Origin: Sphaerodactylus townsendi | Lineage: Eukaryota | Assembly (NCBI RefSeq): GCF_021028975.2 | Contig: NC_059432.1 | Coordinates: forward strand, 62,558,001 to 62,622,000 | Direction: 5' to 3' | Length of the DNA: 64,000 bases | In this document: piece after piece, positions 62,350 to 64,000 of the stretch | How the letters are laid out: every line of letters starts with the position of its first letter | How positions within the stretch are numbered: position 1 is the stretch's first letter | Notes under the pieces: model-generated | The model's database searches: none | Told to the model about the DNA's origin: nothing | Seen by the model: only the letters and a program-made list of their open reading frames with translations | Program-made: the position numbers and the translations under genes

Positions 62350-62994
62350 ATGGCTTTATACTATCCGAACATGATACAGACCTCCCCTTATACTTACCTT
62401 CCCTTTGGACCAAATCGTGTGCTTGAAACTCAGCCCACCACCGTGTTATCCCCTGTTCAGATGCAGAACTTCTACAGCAGGCCTCTTGCTGTGATCATGG
62501 ACCGTAACAATGGTTACAGCGATAATTCAGCAAACCAAGTGGAGTACCCTCACATCTACGGTGCAAATCCTTACTTCCACCCTTATCATTACTGGCACTT
62601 CCCACAGGTGAGCCCTCTTCCTTTGTACAGCCCCCATATGAATTACCGTCCTTATGCACCTTACCAGAGACCTGGTTGGGATTTGTGGCCTGAAGGATTC
62701 ACCCTGAGAGGGGAGCTCCGTTGGGGTAGGCTTGAGAGAGTTACAGGACCTAGGAGAGACCTACCAGAATTTGTGAAAGATGATCTCCGAAGGGTGTATG
62801 GCACCTATCCAAGGACTGATGTTTCCATAACTTACCACAATGGAGAATTTGTTGTGAAAGGGGATCCTAGAGTAGGAGAACAAGAATACAGGATAGAGAA
62901 GAGACTCATCAGAAATGAACCTACCCCAACTGCTAGCGAAGCTGAGGACAGCAGTGAAGATCGAGGCAAGAAGAAAAAGAAATCAAAGAGATGA
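62350..62994 (+). CDS. C10orf95: C10orf95 orthologue, 214 aa from the first ATG after an in-frame TGA; Tyr/Pro-rich N-half, conserved C-terminal domain, basic tail
   Basis: WPEG..LRWGRLER..GPR.DLPEFVKDDLRRVYGTYPRTDV resembles the human C10orf95 C-terminal region as I recall it; position and orientation divergent from MFSD13A fit the human synteny; acceptor TCTCCACAG| at 62267; ACTATGG start context; AATAAA at 63667 and 63858. Confidence 0.85.
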   Translation: MALYYPNMIQTSPYTYLPFGPNRVLETQPTTVLSPVQMQNFYSRPLAVIMDRNNGYSDNSANQVEYPHIYGANPYFHPYHYWHFPQVSPLPLYSPHMNYRPYAPYQRPGWDLWPEGFTLRGELRWGRLERVTGPRRDLPEFVKDDLRRVYGTYPRTDVSITYHNGEFVVKGDPRVGEQEYRIEKRLIRNEPTPTASEAEDSSEDRGKKKKKSKR

Positions 62995-64000
62995 CTTTAA
63001 AAAGGAATGCTGATAGAACTCCTGTGTTTAGCTTCAAATGTGATGGCAGCTCTCCAAACTGGGTTGTAAACACAGAACTGAAAATGGGAGAGATTCTTAT
63101 GTAACAGTTTTAGCTTCCAAGTAATGGTGTGTGTTAGGCTTTGCATAACTCACTAATATATACACTTCCTCATATTCTCTTGGAAATGTTATTTATTCTT
63201 CTAGCACCTGAGATTTTTTCTTTTGAGTGACTTAGGGTTCATTGCTGTAGGGCCTTTCCTTTTGACCAGCCATAATGCAAGACTAAATGGCATTGCTGGT
63301 CCTATAACTCCTTAGAGTACCGTTTTACAACCAATCACTATAAACAATTCTCAGCCCCTCTGAAGAGTTAGTCCCCCTTTCCTGAACACTGACTGCTTAA
63401 CTAATTAAGGCACACTAAGGAGTTCCTTGGAAACTCAACTTGAGGTGATGGTACACAGAGACTCTGTTCTCACACTGTAGTTGCAGATAAATTGTAACAT
63501 GGGTCTTAGTAATTTCTTTTGATGGGTGTCAAATTTCACAAGCTGTTTTTGCTACCTGCTTGGTTGGTTCTTTCCCAGTCTGAGTCTGATTTAGTGAGCA
63601 GGGTTAACTTGTGCCTGGCTACTGAACTGCAGTCTAATATGTATGCAAATTAGATGTAGAATTTTAAATAAAGAAAATCAAGCACATAATGTTCTTTGAA
63701 TCCCTCTTATTGTGAAACTCTCCCATGTAGGATGAAACTAATTTGACCCAAACAATGTATGATGGTAGTGGTGGTGAAGATTTACTTGAATGCATTATTT
63801 CATTTAAAGAGTTGAATTTTCATAATGTTGTGATTGGTGCTTAATGGAAGTAAGATCAATAAAATAAAATTGATAGCAGTAGTCAATTCCAGTAACAATA
63901 TCAGAAGTCATTAATCAGTGCTGAAAGCAAAGCTGTATCTGGAGAGAAAAATTCACAAGTTAGAGGCCATGTTTCTGAAAAGGCCCTTTCTCAATAGCCA

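Noticed and set aside
63045-63100. Possible SECIS (GTGA...AAA...GAT) in the C10orf95 3'UTR
   Set aside because: The helix next to the putative GA quartet does not pair when folded by eye.
52000-64000. miR-146b, expected near C10orf95 from human synteny
   Set aside because: TGAGAACTGAATTCC was not seen; it probably lies beyond the right edge of the window.

Overview
Eukaryotic genomic DNA from a squamate reptile, probably a gecko (inferred from its SINE, MITE, CR1 and Penelope repeats). It carries the conserved vertebrate block SUFU(-) / ACTR1A(+) / MFSD13A-TMEM180(-) / C10orf95(+). I reconstructed by hand SUFU coding exon 1, a complete 11-exon ACTR1A CDS (1131 nt, 376 aa), a complete 8-coding-exon MFSD13A CDS (1527 nt, 508 aa) with a putative upstream leader exon, and a single-coding-exon C10orf95 orthologue. 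Most ORFs in the six-frame track are spurious. Introns and intergenic DNA hold hAT and Harbinger MITEs with clear TSDs, a minimal SPIN/URR1 element, CR1 and L1 fragments, tRNA-derived SINEs, and two head-to-head Penelope-like insertions with hammerhead ribozyme cores. The best leads are: an in-frame TGA near the N-terminus of C10orf95; a spliced 34-codon uORF in the MFSD13A leader; an intact-looking minimal hammerhead in the sense strand of an MFSD13A intron; a 119-bp-arm near-perfect palindrome; and a possible cryptic or decayed exon with two let-7 8mer sites in MFSD13A. Nothing here was checked by database search; all family assignments are from recall.
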